Assembly: GCA_013239625.1 (NCBI GenBank)
Contig: MU054220.1
Span: 7,785,367 to 7,849,366, forward strand
DNA: 64,000 nt
Direction: 5' to 3'
Source of the DNA: Lama guanicoe
Taxonomy: Eukaryota
Position numbers and translations under genes: made by a program. Shown piece after piece: positions 25,505-38,238 of this stretch; the stretch's first letter is position 1; each line of letters opens with the position of its first letter. The notes beneath the pieces are model-generated. The model had not been told where the DNA came from. It saw nothing but the letters and a program-made list of their open reading frames with translations, and made no database searches.

Positions 25505-25632
25505 ATATTTGGATATAGGGCTTTTAAAGAGTGATTAAGTAAAAACAAGGCCTTTACGGTGAGCCTTCACCCAAGCTGACTGGTGTCCTTAGAAGGGAAA
25601 CTTTGGACACACAGAGACACTGGGGATGCATG
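25505..25632 (+). mobile_element. MLT1B-like LTR fragment
   Basis: TATTTGGATATAGGGCTTTTAAAGAG.TGATTAAGT...TGACTGGTGTCCTT...TTTGGACACACAGAGACAC. Confidence 0.75.
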
Positions 25633-26628
25633 TTGAATTATCACCATAATGTAAACAACTAGAAATCTCCCCTGCTCCCAACTTACAAATGTAGATGGTC
25701 TTGATGAAATTGGGGTGGGGAGCAGGCAGCTTTTGGTAAAGCAATCATGTCTCTTTTTTTTCAGTTTTCTAGTATGATTGGCAAACCTGGCTTTGAATGG
25801 GATATTGTGCAGAGTGAATGCAGCGGCTGCTCAGAATTGATTTCATCTGTATCTTTCCAGTGGCTTGCAGTTCTTTTTTTTTTTTTTAAGAAGCTTGCTT
25901 TTTATTTTGCTCTCTCTTTATTATGATTGCTGTCTGCCCCTGTTCCTTTTTTTTTAAAGTCGGAGTGTAGCTGGCCAAAGCTTTAGAGCCAAACGCCCTC
26001 TCATTTCTTCCTTAGCCGTCCCTACTCTACGTTTGCTGCAGTGGGGCTTCTTATAATAGGAAAGAGCAATGGGAAGCAGATGCAGTGCCATCCTGCGCCT
26101 CCCATGCTTAAGTGGCTATTTTATATTCCTTCAAAAACAAATTTATCACTTTATGCATTATTTCTCAGTCCTGCAGATGAATCCTTACTATTCTCATTTT
26201 CCTAGACAGTCAATGTCTTGGTTGAACCTAAACCCTAAAAGGTGGTATTTACATAGTTGAACATGTATATTTACCTCTTTGAATAACTTTAGGCAAATGG
26301 GACTTGACCTGTTAGAGTCTCAGAAACTCTTGAGAAAAATACACAAATTGAATAGATGCATGACATGATAATTTCTGAACAAAACTCAAAGCACAAAAAA
26401 ACTTGTGAATTCAGGATAAGTTTTAATAATTGTATACTGCATTCATTACAACATTTACACACAAATTAAGACAAATATGTAGCACATAATCCCTAGCCTA
26501 TTTACAGATTTGTTTAGTGCCCATGGGAATTCACAATATTTTCAAAATCTTTCTGCTGCTCTCATTTCCACTGTTTCAGAACCACTGCTCTGGGCCATTT
26601 GATAATGGGGCATAGCTAAGATGAATTC

Positions 26629-26643
26629 AATGCCCTCTAGTGG
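26629..26643 (-). promoter_or_regulatory. CTCF core motif (predicted)
   Basis: Minus strand CCACTAGAGGGCATT, a 14/15 match to CCASYAGRKGGCRSY. Confidence 0.5.
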
Positions 26644-26923
26644 ATATATTTCTTTTTTGTTTAGTTTTGTTTGTTTGTTTCTGTTTTTTGGATCAGGGAT
26701 CTATATGGTCTGTGATGTGCTGAATTTCTGAACACACATACCTGCCTGAGGTACAGAAAAAACACCTCTGAAATTTGGACGGACTCATTGTACTCATGCT
26801 GTGGTCCACTTAGGTGTACTTACTGGGGACACAGAAGGAAAGCTAAGTTTCTTGGGGTCAAATCTAGGCTGATCTTCATGTTTGTTAAAGTTGGTTCCTC
26901 CATGATACCAAGTCCAATATGGG

Positions 26924-27052
26924 TAGAGTTGTCAGATTTAGCTAATAAATAGGGTATCAGGCTAAATTACGAATTTCTTGATAAATAATTTTTTTTTTCT
27001 TTTTTAGTATAGGTAGTGGGTAAAGTAGTATTTGGGATACGTTTTTATCTGA
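26924..27052 (+). mobile_element. MER53-like hAT MITE, partial
   Basis: AGAGTTGTCAGATTTAGCTAATAAA...GAATTTC..GATAAA...TTTTTTAGTATA.GT...TATTTGGGA. Confidence 0.7.
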
Positions 27053-28109
27053 CTTGAGAATTCTTCCTAGAACTTGGGGACATAAGTCACAGTTCAATGG
27101 TAAAAGGGAAATTCAAATACCAAGTAGATCAGTTTCTAGAACATCACATTCAAAGGGAAGAGACAGGGTCAAAGTCAGAGCTGAAGGTCAGTTAATCTAC
27201 AATTGAGTGTAGATGTTGAACAGAATGAGAACAGGAAGAAGAAAAACAAAGAATTACTAGGTTTCCTTATTTTTCCTTCTCCTTTTATTTATTTTCTGAT
27301 GTGATGATATTGAGTTCCTGTGTGAATCAAGCTGCATAAACAGCCAGATGTCAGTTGATTATTGGGGCAGACTTTTATATTATAATAACTTCAGTACAAA
27401 GCCAGAGGTTAAAGTAGTTCTCATTTTCTGACTCTAAGTACCAGCAGAAATTGGAATAATAGTGAAAATTCCTGGCCGTACAATCTTTAGTTTATAAGCA
27501 CCCTTATTAGATTAACAAATTAATCCAACAGTTCCTAGGTGTTGCAATTGATGTCAGAAGAAGTTAAAGTACCTTTCAAAGGGGCACCTCCAAAGACAGT
27601 GTAAGAGCATGGACGAAAATACAAAAATCCTGCCATTTGCTTAGTTCTCCATGTATTGATACGGTGGACATCACATAGAAAACAAATTTTAGTTGAAGAG
27701 AAAGTTGAGGTGACACAACACAGAGGAGAAATGTGAGTCTAAACTTCAAACTCACAGGTGCCAGAACTCTGTTGCAGCTGCCATATATTTTCCAAGATGA
27801 AAATACATGAAATTCACTTAAAACTATTTAGCAAGGGTGGCATCAAAGGCAAATGGCTGTAACAAAAAGGAAGTGGTGAGAGACATACAAGTGTTACTAG
27901 ACCTTCAATGGTGTCAGAGAACTGTTGACGATTACTTTTTATGAAACTTATTATATGTTGATTTTCTATGTTAGACTGCTTCCATTCCAAGGAACAGATT
28001 CAGAAAATCTTAAGAAACAGGTGTGGGATATACATGGATTAGAACTGGAATTTGCAAGCCCTAAGGATCAGAGGAAGTTCAAAAACCTAACAGCTCTTAT
28101 GAGCTAGGT

Positions 28110-28270
28110 TCTTGCTCATCAAAGTTTAGTCCTTGGTCCACCAAGACAGATTTCACTGGACTGTTGTTATAAACGCAGAATCTCTGGCCCTGCCCTCATC
28201 CTACAGACTCTAAATCTCTATTTTAAGAGATTCCCAAGGTGACAGTTATGACATTAATTTAGGAAAAGCT
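28110..28270. mobile_element. MER5A/MER5B-like hAT MITE
   Basis: TTGTTATAAACGCAGAATCTCTGGCCCTGCCC...AATCT..ATTTTAA.AGATTCCCAAGGTGA. Confidence 0.7.
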
Positions 28271-29549
28271 TAGATTAGATGTCCCTTCTCTTAGTATCTC
28301 AGCCTTTGTTTAGGTTTCTCTCACTCCTTACTATTCAATCACATCTCTACTCTGCCATCAGATTCCAGAGAAATACAGTTAGTTTAGCTAGTTATTCTAA
28401 CTTCATGGTGTGAAGCTTCTGGACCGGGCCTTTCCATGAGTCATTTTTATATTTGTAGGCACCATCCTTGAGTCATGAATACATTGGTGCTCCAAGGACT
28501 GACCACTCATTTAAAACAGGATATGAAAGGATATGTGGTTTCCTCAACAGACAACTGTTTGGGGAGTGTTAGCTGGAAATGAATTTAGTGCAGCAGGTGT
28601 CATAATTCCTCATCGAATGTAGTGTTATGGTGGGAATGCATTGGGTTTTTTGATCTGTTTTGTTTTTGTTGTTGTTGTTTTAAGATGAAGCTAAAATACA
28701 TTTGATACAGACAAAATGGAAGCTAATACAGACAAGAACACAATGATAATACAAGGGTAGAAAGAGAATGTATCCTGATAGAAATTAAAATTTCAGTTCC
28801 AATTCCTGAGATCCAAAGTGTCAAGCGCAAAGGTTCTATCCTCAACATTCTGTGCATTTTGACAAGTGTAATTAAAATTTCATCACCCCAAAAATGTCCC
28901 GGCGCTCCTTCCTGTCATCCCCAACTCCCATAGTTTCTGCTTTCTATCACTATAGATTAACTGTACCTGTTCTTCAAAGTCATATAAATGGGAGCATACA
29001 CTTTTATTTCTATTTTTCACTCAGCAATATTTTTCTTATTTTTTTAAATTGAGGTTTACATTGTAGTGAAATGTATAGACCTTAAATGTACAATTCAGAT
29101 TTTTATAAACAAATGCTTACGTGATCACTAACCCAACCAAAGATACGTAACACTTTTATCACCCCTGGAAAGCTCCATCGTGCCTCCTCTTAGACAAGTC
29201 CTACCCAGAGGCAACCACTATTTAGCTTACCATTATCATATATTGTATTACCTCTTCTTGAACTTCAGGTGCATTAAATATCATATGACTTCTTCACATG
29301 TAACTTCTTTTGCTTAATATGTTTTATAAATCAGTTCATGTTATTTCTCATATCTGCAATTAATCGTTTTTTACAGCTTAGTCATACTATACTTTTGAAT
29401 ACCACAATTTATTTACCCGTTCCCCTCTTAACAGGCAGTTGTTTTGGTTTTGTTCTATCCTCCCATCTTTTCACTTTTATGAACCAAGTCATTGTCCACT
29501 ATGAACATTTTTACACAAGAATTTGTCTTTCCATTTGTGAATGTGTGTG

Positions 29550-29554
<5 letters not shown>

Positions 29555-29594
<40 letters not shown>
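29555..29594 (+). repeat. (GA)20 microsatellite
   Basis: Counted directly; accounts for the REREREE run in ORF 29338-29619. Confidence 0.95.
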
Positions 29595-29597
<3 letters not shown>

Positions 29598-29635
29598 CGT
29601 CTGTCTGTATTTTCCATAGATGTATATTTAACTTT

Positions 29636-30042
29636 TTAAAAACTGCACTATAGTTGATTTACAATTTTGTGTTATTTTCTGGTGTATGGCAAAGTGATTC
29701 AGTTATATACATTCTTTTTCAGATACTTTTCCATTATGGGTTGTTACAAGATAATGAACATGGTTCCTCATGCTATACAGTAGGTCCTTACTATCTATTT
29801 TATATATAGTAGTGTGTATCTGTTAATCCCAAGCTCCTAATTTTATCCTTCCCCATCCCCCTTCCCGCTTTGGTAACCATAAGTTTGTTTTCTATGTCTG
29901 TGAATCTATTTCTGTTTTTTAAGTAAGTTCATTTGTACCTTTTTTTTTTTTAGATTACACATATAAATGATATCATATGATATTTGCCTTTCTCTTTCTG
30001 ACTTCACTTAATATGATAATCGCTAGGTCCATCCATGTTAAG
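29636..30042 (-). mobile_element. Cetartiodactyl L1 3' end with TSD
   Basis: TATAGTTGATTTACAAT...GCTATACAGTAGGTCCTT...TTTGGTAACCATAAGTTTGTTTTCTATGTCTGTGA; TSD TGTATATTTAA(C/T)TTT at 29621-29635 and 30043-30057. Confidence 0.9.
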
Positions 30043-30062
30043 TGTATATTTAATTTTGTAAG

Positions 30063-30601
30063 TGTATTAGTTATCGATTGCCATGTAACACATTATCCAA
30101 AAACTTATTGGTTTCAAACAACAAACATTTACTCTTTCATGGTTTACATGGGCAAAGCATCTAGTCGTGACTCAGCTGGGTGCCTCTGACTAGATTTACA
30201 ACATGACTGAAGTCAAGAGGTAAGCTGGGGTTTCCTTCAGTCATCTTAAGTCTCAAGACAGGGAGGATCTATATACAAGCTCACTCAACTGGCTGTTGGC
30301 AGTTCTTTGTCTTTGCTGGCTGCTGGTTGCAAACATCAATTCTTCGACACAAGAATCTTTTCACAGGCAGCTTGTTTCCTTTAGGGTATGGACTCTAAGA
30401 AAGGTACAAATGGAGAGCAGGACAGACTCTCAGTCTTGTGTAATCTAATCTCGGAAGTGACATCTCATTTATTTTGCTGTATTCTATTGATCAGAAGCAA
30501 GGCATTAGGTCCAGTCCACACCGAAAGTGAGGGATTATACAAGAACATGGACTCAGGGAGATGGAGATCATAGAGAATTATCTCAGAGGCTGCCAACCAT
30601 A
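30063..30601 (-). mobile_element. MLT1F-like MaLR LTR, full length
   Basis: TGTATTAGTTATC...TAATCTCGGAAGTGACATC...AGAGGCTGCCAACCATA; degenerate 5-bp TSD GTAAG/ATGAG. Confidence 0.9.
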
Positions 30602-31589
30602 ATGAGGCACTGCCCAACAGCTTTCAAAAATATGAGTCATTTTACACTAAAAAAACAACCATGTATGAGGGTTCTAGTTGCTCCACATATTTGATGATAT
30701 ATGTCTTTGCTAATATTTGGTATCATTTTTTTAATGTTAATCACTCCATTAATTGTCAAATGTCATCATATTATGGTTTTCCTTTTCATTTCTTTAATGA
30801 CTAATGATTTTGAGGAACTTTTTTGGTGCTTAATGGCAATTTATATCGATTGTTTTGGAAAGTATTTTTTTAAAAAATCTGCCCATTAAATACATTTTTT
30901 TTACATTGACTTATAAAACTATTAAGAGTATTTATATATCATGGATACAAAACTTTTTTCAGAAATATATATCATGATCTATTTCTCTCAGGCTCTGCCT
31001 TTTTTTTTTTAATATTCTAATGGTTTCCAAGGATGAATAACAGTTTTATTTTAGTGAAATGTACTTTAAAAATTGTTTCTTTTATTATTAGTTTAGTGAT
31101 TTTTGTGTCATAGGAATTATTTGCCTTACCCATGTTTGCAAGGTCTACTTTATTTTATTCTAGAAGCATTGTAGTTTTAGCTTTTAGGTGTAAATCTTAT
31201 CTGTTTTAAACAAATTTCTGTATAGGATATGAAGAACAGTAGATCAAAATTTATTTTACAGATAAATTTATCTAATTGATTTAGCAGCATTTGTTGGAAA
31301 GCCCTTCTTTACCCATTGTATCTTTGTCAAAAATTATTTATCTCTGTAAGTGTGGTTTTATTTCTGGACTTCTGTTCTGTTCCACTGACCTTAATGCCAA
31401 TGCCACATGGTCTTATCAGTGAAACCTGATGTCAGGAAGCATAAATCCTCAACTTTGCTCTTTTCTTTAAAAATTGTATTATTTTTGGCCCCTTTAATTT
31501 TCAACACAAAGTTTAGAATCAGCTTTACAATTTCTACCAAAAATCTGGTAAATTTCTTGAAAACAAATCTTCAACAGCTATGGGATATT

Positions 31590-32272
31590 TGGTTTTACAA
31601 TGTTATGTCAAATTCCAGTGTAGAGCACAATTTTTCAGTTATACATGAACATATATATTTTCATTGTCACATTTTTTTTCTCTGTGAGCTACCATAAGAT
31701 CTTGTGTATATTTCCCTGTGCTTTACAGTATAATCTTGTTTATCTATTCTACAGTTTTAAAATCCCGTCTATCCCTTCCCATCCTCCATCCCCTTGGCAA
31801 CCACAAGTTTATATTCTATGTCTATGAGTCTATTTCTGTTTTGTATTTATGCTTTTCTTTTTGTTTTTTAGATTCCACCATATGAGCGATCTCATATGGT
31901 ATTTTTCTTTCTCTTTCTGGCTTACTTCACTTGGAATGACATTCTCTAGGAGTATCCATGTTGCTGCAAATGACATTATGTTGTCGGTTTCTATGGCTGA
32001 ATAGTATTCCATTGTGTAAATATACCACATCTTCTTTATCCAGTCATCTGTTGATGGACATTTAGGCTGTTTTCATGTCTTGGCTATTGTAAATAGTGCT
32101 GCTATGCACATTGGGGTGCAGGTGTCATCCTGAAGTAGAGTTCCTTCTGGATATGAGCCCAGGAGCAGATTCCTGGGTCATATGGCAAGTCTATTCCTAG
32201 TCTTTTGAGGAATCTCCATACTGTTTTCCACAGTGGCTGCACCAAACTGCGTTCCCACTAGCAGTGTAGGAG
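31590..32272 (-). mobile_element. Relatively young camelid L1, ORF2 C-terminal region plus 3' UTR
   Basis: ORF 31830-32030 MWYIYTMEYYSAI...FAATW..LE....SEVSQKEK.KYHM.SLI is the well-known L1 ORF2 C-terminal/3' translation. Confidence 0.92.
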
Positions 32273-33039
32273 AAGGGAACCAGAAATCTTGACATATTGT
32301 TCATTGTCACATCTCTTACATATAGTTCAGTTTCTAGATAAATGTTGATTCTCAGTAATTACTGAATGAATGAATGAAGAAAAGAGAAATTGTATACCTG
32401 CTGGTCTTCTCCTATCTGTGAAAAGGACATTTGCAAATCATATGAAGAGATGCCCGTATAAAGGAAATAAACTTAAGAGTCCCAATGCTTTTTTAGCTTC
32501 CTGAATAAGCAGATGGATTCATTATTCCAAATAAGTAACTTAAAAATGTCAAGTTCATGGGGTCTAATGATATGTCAAAGGGTGTGTCAGTATTTAATTT
32601 CACTGTTTCAAAAGAAAATTGTTAGCTAGTGGGTAGCAATGGCATGAGAGAGAAGATACTAATGCTATCATTAAGAGCTGGCATTTTGAGGTAATCAGAG
32701 CAAAGTCTTTGGGAAGCTTATACTCCAGTGCTTTGCAAAGCTGATATATTATTAATTTAGGAAAAGCCGAAATTGGCATCAGGGAATTTTGATGGCCGGT
32801 GGAGGTCAGAAATTTGTCAGTTCTTACACCTTGAGCAACAGAGAGAGGAATTTAAGTCTCAAAACTAGACTTGTTATAGGCATGCGGGTAATTAGCACTC
32901 AGCTAGAGGGCAAGCAAAGAGAGAAGAGGTGACAATTAAAATCAGCCTTGTGGTAGCTTCTTAATAGGTTCTTTATGGCAAGAGATTTAAAATTTGATTT
33001 TCTTTGGATTCTAATGACAGTATTATTTGTACCTATAGC

Positions 33040-33215
33040 TATCACTGAGGGCCAACCATGTGGAAGCCCTTTACACATTTCACTAATCCTCAGAAGTGTG
33101 TGAGTTAAATAATACATTTGTAATTCTTTAAATAAGGAAACAGAGAATCAAAGAAGTTTAACAATTTGCCAAAGTTTACGGAGTGCCTACATGGCACAGT
33201 GGGGTTTAAACCACT
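33040..33215 (-). mobile_element. MIR SINE
   Basis: TAATCCTCA...AAATAAGGAAACAGAGAATCAAAGAAGTTTAACAATTTGCCAAAG. Confidence 0.7.
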
Positions 33216-33782
33216 TCCTCCCAGTGTACTCTCCTTGTCTCTTTATTCTGTGCCCTTCAGAAACTACAAATGTATTGAATTTTAGTTTATGCACAACTTC
33301 ACTGTATATCATCCTATCCTTCTTGGCTGTATCTATTCTTTAGAACCACATATCAAAGCCGTACATTTCCAATCTTGGCAAATTTTAGTGTTCAATCTGC
33401 TAATGCTACTATTCTACCATGACAAAACTGCTGTTTCATATTTTCCTACACAGACTAGTTGTAGCAAAGCAAACCATTTACATGTCATGGTTCTAGTTTA
33501 TTCCTGACATACTGCATATTTCCAAGAAAAAGTGAGGAGAAAGTTATCACTGAGTCACAATCAGGAATGTTTCTCTGATTAGAATATTCATGTACCAAAG
33601 AATGAGCTTATTATGTGTTTCCTCTTTTATAGAGGGGTTTTCTAACATTCTCTGCAATGCTTAAATGTGGAGGCAACTGTTCTAGTTTAAAGTATTCTGA
33701 CTCCATTGAAAATAATCTAATTTCTTAAACTTTATCTGTATGCAAGCAATTTTAGATTTTGCTAGTTAAAAACAAATTATCC

Positions 33783-35475
33783 AGAAAATCTGTAGTTTTC
33801 CACTTCACATTTATGTCTATACAATATGAGTTAAATTTGTACTAGGTGTGAAGTTTAGGTCAAGGTCATTTGTGTGTGTGAACAGATGTCCAATTGCTCT
33901 AGCATCATTTATTGAAAAAGCTAGCTCTAGTCCACTGAAATGCTTTTGCAGCTTTGTCAAAATTAATTGGGCATGTTTGTGTGGATCTATTTCCGTGTTC
34001 TTCTATTCTGTTCTAAAAGTCTACGTGTCTATCCAACCACCAGTTCCACACTCTCTTGATTACCACAGTTACGTGAGCAAGCATCGCGTGGGCAGAATCC
34101 TCGACTTTCCCCTGACTTCAGTGGGAAAGCATGTACTCTTTCACAATTAAGTAGGCATCCTTTGAATACTCTTTATGAGGTCAAGGACCATGGAGAAAAT
34201 CTCCAGTCTTCACCTAAACGAAGAGTTATTAGACTCAACATCAAAGCATAATCCATACTCCATAAAGTAAAAATTAATAAATTTGAACTCATCAAAAGTA
34301 AAACATTTTTATCTGTGAAATAAATACTATATATTAAAGACAAACTACAGACTTGGAGAAATATATTGCAAAGCAAATATTCAACACAGGCCTTGTATTT
34401 AGTATATGTAAAGAACTCTCAAAACTTACCAGTAAAAGAACAATCCAGTTATAACAGAGGCAAAAAACATTAACAGACATTTCATCAAAGAGGATAGACA
34501 GATAGCAAATAAACACAGGAAAAGATGTTTAACATCATTATTCATTAGGAAAATATAAATTAAAACTATGATTAGATACCACTACACACATTTATCAGAA
34601 CGGATAAAATGAAAAGCTGTGGTAACACCAAATGTTGGCATGGATGCAGAAGTATTTGGGTCACTCATACATTGCTGGTCAGATTGTAAAATGATATACC
34701 CACTTGGAAAATAGTTTGGAAGTTAATTTTAAAACTAAAAATAATCCTACAGTACAACACTTAAATTGTACTCTTGGGGATTTGTTCCAGAGAAATGAAG
34801 ATTTATTTTCATGCAGGAACTTACACATGAATGGATATAGCAGCTTTATTTATAAAAGCCCTGAACTGGAAAACACTCAGATGTCCCTCAACGGGTGAAT
34901 GGTTAAACAAACTGTGGTACATCTATGCCACAGAACACTACTCAGCCATATTTAAGAGAAAACTATTGATATAACAACTCAGACTATCGTAAGAAATCAC
35001 GCTGAATTTTAAAAAGCCTATTTCAAAATGATACATACTGCATGATTCCATTTTCATAACACTCACTAAATAACATAATTATAATGATGGAGATGATATT
35101 AGTCACTAGGAATTAGTCATAGCAGATAAGAATGAGTGTGGCTGAAAGGAGTAACAAGAGAGGATTATGGATGGTACAGCTGAATATCTTGGTCATGGTG
35201 GCAGTTATACAGGCTACTCACAAGTTAAAATTTTATGGAGCTATTCAAACATAAACAAACATACACATAAACAAACACAAATAATCCCATGCATACATGA
35301 TGGATCTTCAACAAACTCTGGATCTTACCAGTGTCAACTTTTGGTTTTTTATATTGTAGTACAGTTGTGCAAGATGCTAACACTGGGGGAGGCTGAGAGA
35401 AAGGTGCACTGGTCTTCCTTGTACATTTCTTTGCAATTTCCCATGAATCTACAATTATTTTAAAACAAAAAGTTG
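33783..35475 (+). mobile_element. L1MD/L1MC-like element with 5' inversion
   Basis: Antisense L1 segment at about 33783-34187, then a sense segment at about 34188-35475 ending TATTTTAAAACAAAAAGTT; degenerate TSD at 33769-33782 and 35476-35489. Confidence 0.85.
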
Positions 35476-35619
35476 AAAAAAAATCATCCTTCTTTCTTTC
35501 ATTGCCACCAGGAAGGGAAAAAAAAAACCCACTACAAAACAATCTTTAAAAACCCTAATATGCAGTTTCTAAGTGTTTCTTAAAGAAATACATTCTAACA
35601 GTAGATGTGAATTCTGGTT

Positions 35620-36161
35620 AACTTGTCTCTGCTCCTTGTTAGTGCCTACTCTCCCAACCCAGTGGACACAGAAATGCAACCTTCAATCCCCTGATCAGAT
35701 TTGAAAGAATGGAGGTTGAGACAATGATCTTGTGAGACTTGGCCCAGGACACTGCGGATCAGGTCAGCACCATTTTGGGACTGAGACTGGTTGTAGGGTA
35801 GGGAAAAATCAGTTTAAAAAAAAAAAAAAAAGAGGAGAAACTAGTTGACCTACGTCAAGCAAATCTGTGATCATGGAGCTCTAGGTCGTGGGTGATCACA
35901 GCACACCAGAGGAAGAACAGCTCGTTTTCAGGAAGACAGAGTCAATAAGGAGAGAGGATAAACTGCAGAAGACCTGATCTAAAGAATGTAATTAATATTT
36001 TTGGTTCCTCATAAATGTTAGGTATATCTTCTGCGGTCAGATTCTGTGAGATATGATATATCATCAACATTTTAGCGACCTCCCACTTCCTCTTTTGTTT
36101 TTAACATAGTAAATTTAATAGTTTCTATTTCTCTTATTATAAACTATTTCTTACCAAGACA
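35620..36161 (+). mobile_element. Old MaLR LTR (MLT1M/N-like), degraded
   Basis: CACCATTTTG, TTCTGTGAGAT and a terminal GTTTCTATTTC...TTACCAAGACA resemble old MLT1 3' ends. Confidence 0.4.
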
Positions 36162-37128
36162 GAATAGATTCCATTTTTGTATAAGGTGTGCTCATCTGGT
36201 TTCAATTTGGAGGTTATTTATGTTTCTCTTTAATTCTTCTGGCTATTCTCCCCCGACCTTGCCTCTTATTAACTGCATTCCACCAGTAAGAAACGGGCAA
36301 AAACCAGGAAGAATAAGTTAGAAAAACTTGGTAACAACGATTCAATTTCTTATGGGCATGGAGGTTAGAATTTTTGTTTTAATGGAGTTTTCAGATTGTC
36401 TACAGATTTTATTTCCACCTGTGGTAACATTCCAACAATTACGAAAGGTCATTAATTGGCTGCCACACTTTGCTCTAGGATTGGTACATGCCCTTTGGGA
36501 GATTAGGTAATATGTTTACAGCTTTCACTACCTGTCATAAAAAGGTTTTAAAGTACTATTTTTTTTTGGTGCAGAGTTGAGTATAGTTATATTTTCCTGA
36601 ATCTTCAAAAATTATTTTCTTACAGTTACCGATTTTAGGAGTTTTGCTGTAACATACATTTTAGTAGCTAGTATATTCTAGAAAGGAAATGAACTCAGTA
36701 CTCACGTGGACCCCAGAGGGGTTGTCAGTTACATCAATACTAGGAATTGGGTAAATGTTTTAAAAGTGCACATGTTTTTTCATTTAGTCTACTTGCGAGA
36801 AATGGATTCTACAGAATTTGCTAAGGAAATGTGAGAAAATATTTAGTTTGAAGTTTTTTTGTTTTTTGTAGCCCTGTTTCTAAATAGCAAACAAGCTAAA
36901 TATCCAACATAGGCTACTGCCTCACTGTGTATATATATAACTAAGCCAAAGAATAAAACTCAGTAAATAATATTTATGTAATTTAAGAAATATACATTAT
37001 ACACATCTAAATGAAAGCCTATAGTATAGCTATTAAGCACACTTGCCTTGACATCAGTCAGAACTGTATTCAAGAGTTGGTTCTGTTTCTTACTTATATT
37101 GAGCTACTTAATTATACTTTGATCTTCC

Positions 37129-37671
37129 TGTATTATTTTTCAGACTGTATGCTGTGTACCATAAACGTAGTGGCTTAAAACACCAAACACTTATTATCTT
37201 GCAATTTCTCTGGATCAGGAGTTCACACACAGCTTAGCTGAGTCTTTTTTCACTGTCTCAAGAAATTGTGATCTTATCTGAGGCTTGAGGTCTTCTTTCA
37301 AGCTCACTGGTAGTTGGCAGAATTCAGTTTCTTGTGGTTGTAGGACTGAAGCCCCTACAATTAGACTCTGCCTTCATTCCCCACCAGGTGACCCCTCCAA
37401 CAACATGGCATTTTGTTTCTCTAAGACCAACAAGAGAGTGTCTTAACTACTTAGTTTATGCCCACCCAGGATAACCTACCTTTTGATTAAGTAAAAAATC
37501 AATGTATTCAGAATGCTGGTTGTATCTGCAAAATTCCTTTACCTTCGCTGTGTAAAGTAACCTAATAGCAGGAGTGAAATCGCATCAGGTTTTTGCCCAC
37601 ACTCAAGGAGAAGGGGTTACAAAGAGGGTGTGAGTCATTGGGAACCATCTTAAACTTCTGCCTGGCAAACA
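37129..37671 (-). mobile_element. MLT1E-like MaLR LTR splitting a MIR
   Basis: TAGTGGCTTAAAACA...TTGGCAGAATTCAGTTTCTTGTGGTTGTAGGACTGA...GCCCACCCAGGATAA...GCCCACACTCAAGG; MIR halves at about 37020-37128 and 37672-37800. Confidence 0.85.
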
Positions 37672-38004
37672 CACTAGCGCTTCATGTGTTTATCTGTAAA
37701 ATGGAACTAATAATTTACTAACTTATTTGGAATTTTATAACAAGATAAAGAATTTGAACCCCAAACATAGTGTCAAAATACGGTGTTTGTGTTATGCTTA
37801 TTTTATTAGGGTTAGTAATATCAGTATTGGAAGAAATGATTTACAAAAAACACATGTAAGGTAGAAAAACATGAGTAAGGCAACGTATCGAAATTTTACA
37901 GTGGCTATTTCTGACTGGAATGGGGCCGTGGATAATTTTTATTTTCTGCTTATCTCTATTATTGTATTTATATTTTAAAGTCTTTTATAGTTTGTGCAAT
38001 AATT

Positions 38005-38238
38005 ACTAACTCTTTCAATGCATTTAATACATTCCAGGGCACTGTTATAAATTCTGCTCATAAATTAACTCACGTAGTCTTCATGCAGCCCTGTGATTTA
38101 GGTGTATTGGTATCTTCAGTTGACAGCTGAAGAAACTGAGGCCAAGAGAGGTTACCCGATACGCTCAAGGGCACCCGGATATTAATTATCACAATCAAAG
38201 GAGTAATTTAGGCAGACTGGCTTTTAGCACTACTCCAT
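38005..38238 (-). mobile_element. MIR SINE
   Basis: TTGACAGCTGAAGAAACTGAGGCCAAGAGAGGTTA...GCTCAAGGGCAC. Confidence 0.8.

Larger units (their letters stand above)
28830..31560 (-). mobile_element. Old L1M (ME/MC-like) fragments hosting younger insertions
   Basis: Antisense L1 3' UTR and ORF2 blocks at about 28830-29530 and 30607-31560 (TAATGACTAATGAT.TTGAG, TTTAGAATCAGCTT). Confidence 0.7.

Noticed and set aside
35764..35787. REST/NRSE-like TCAGCACC...GGAC
   Set aside because: Wrong spacer, poor right half-site, and inside a probable old LTR
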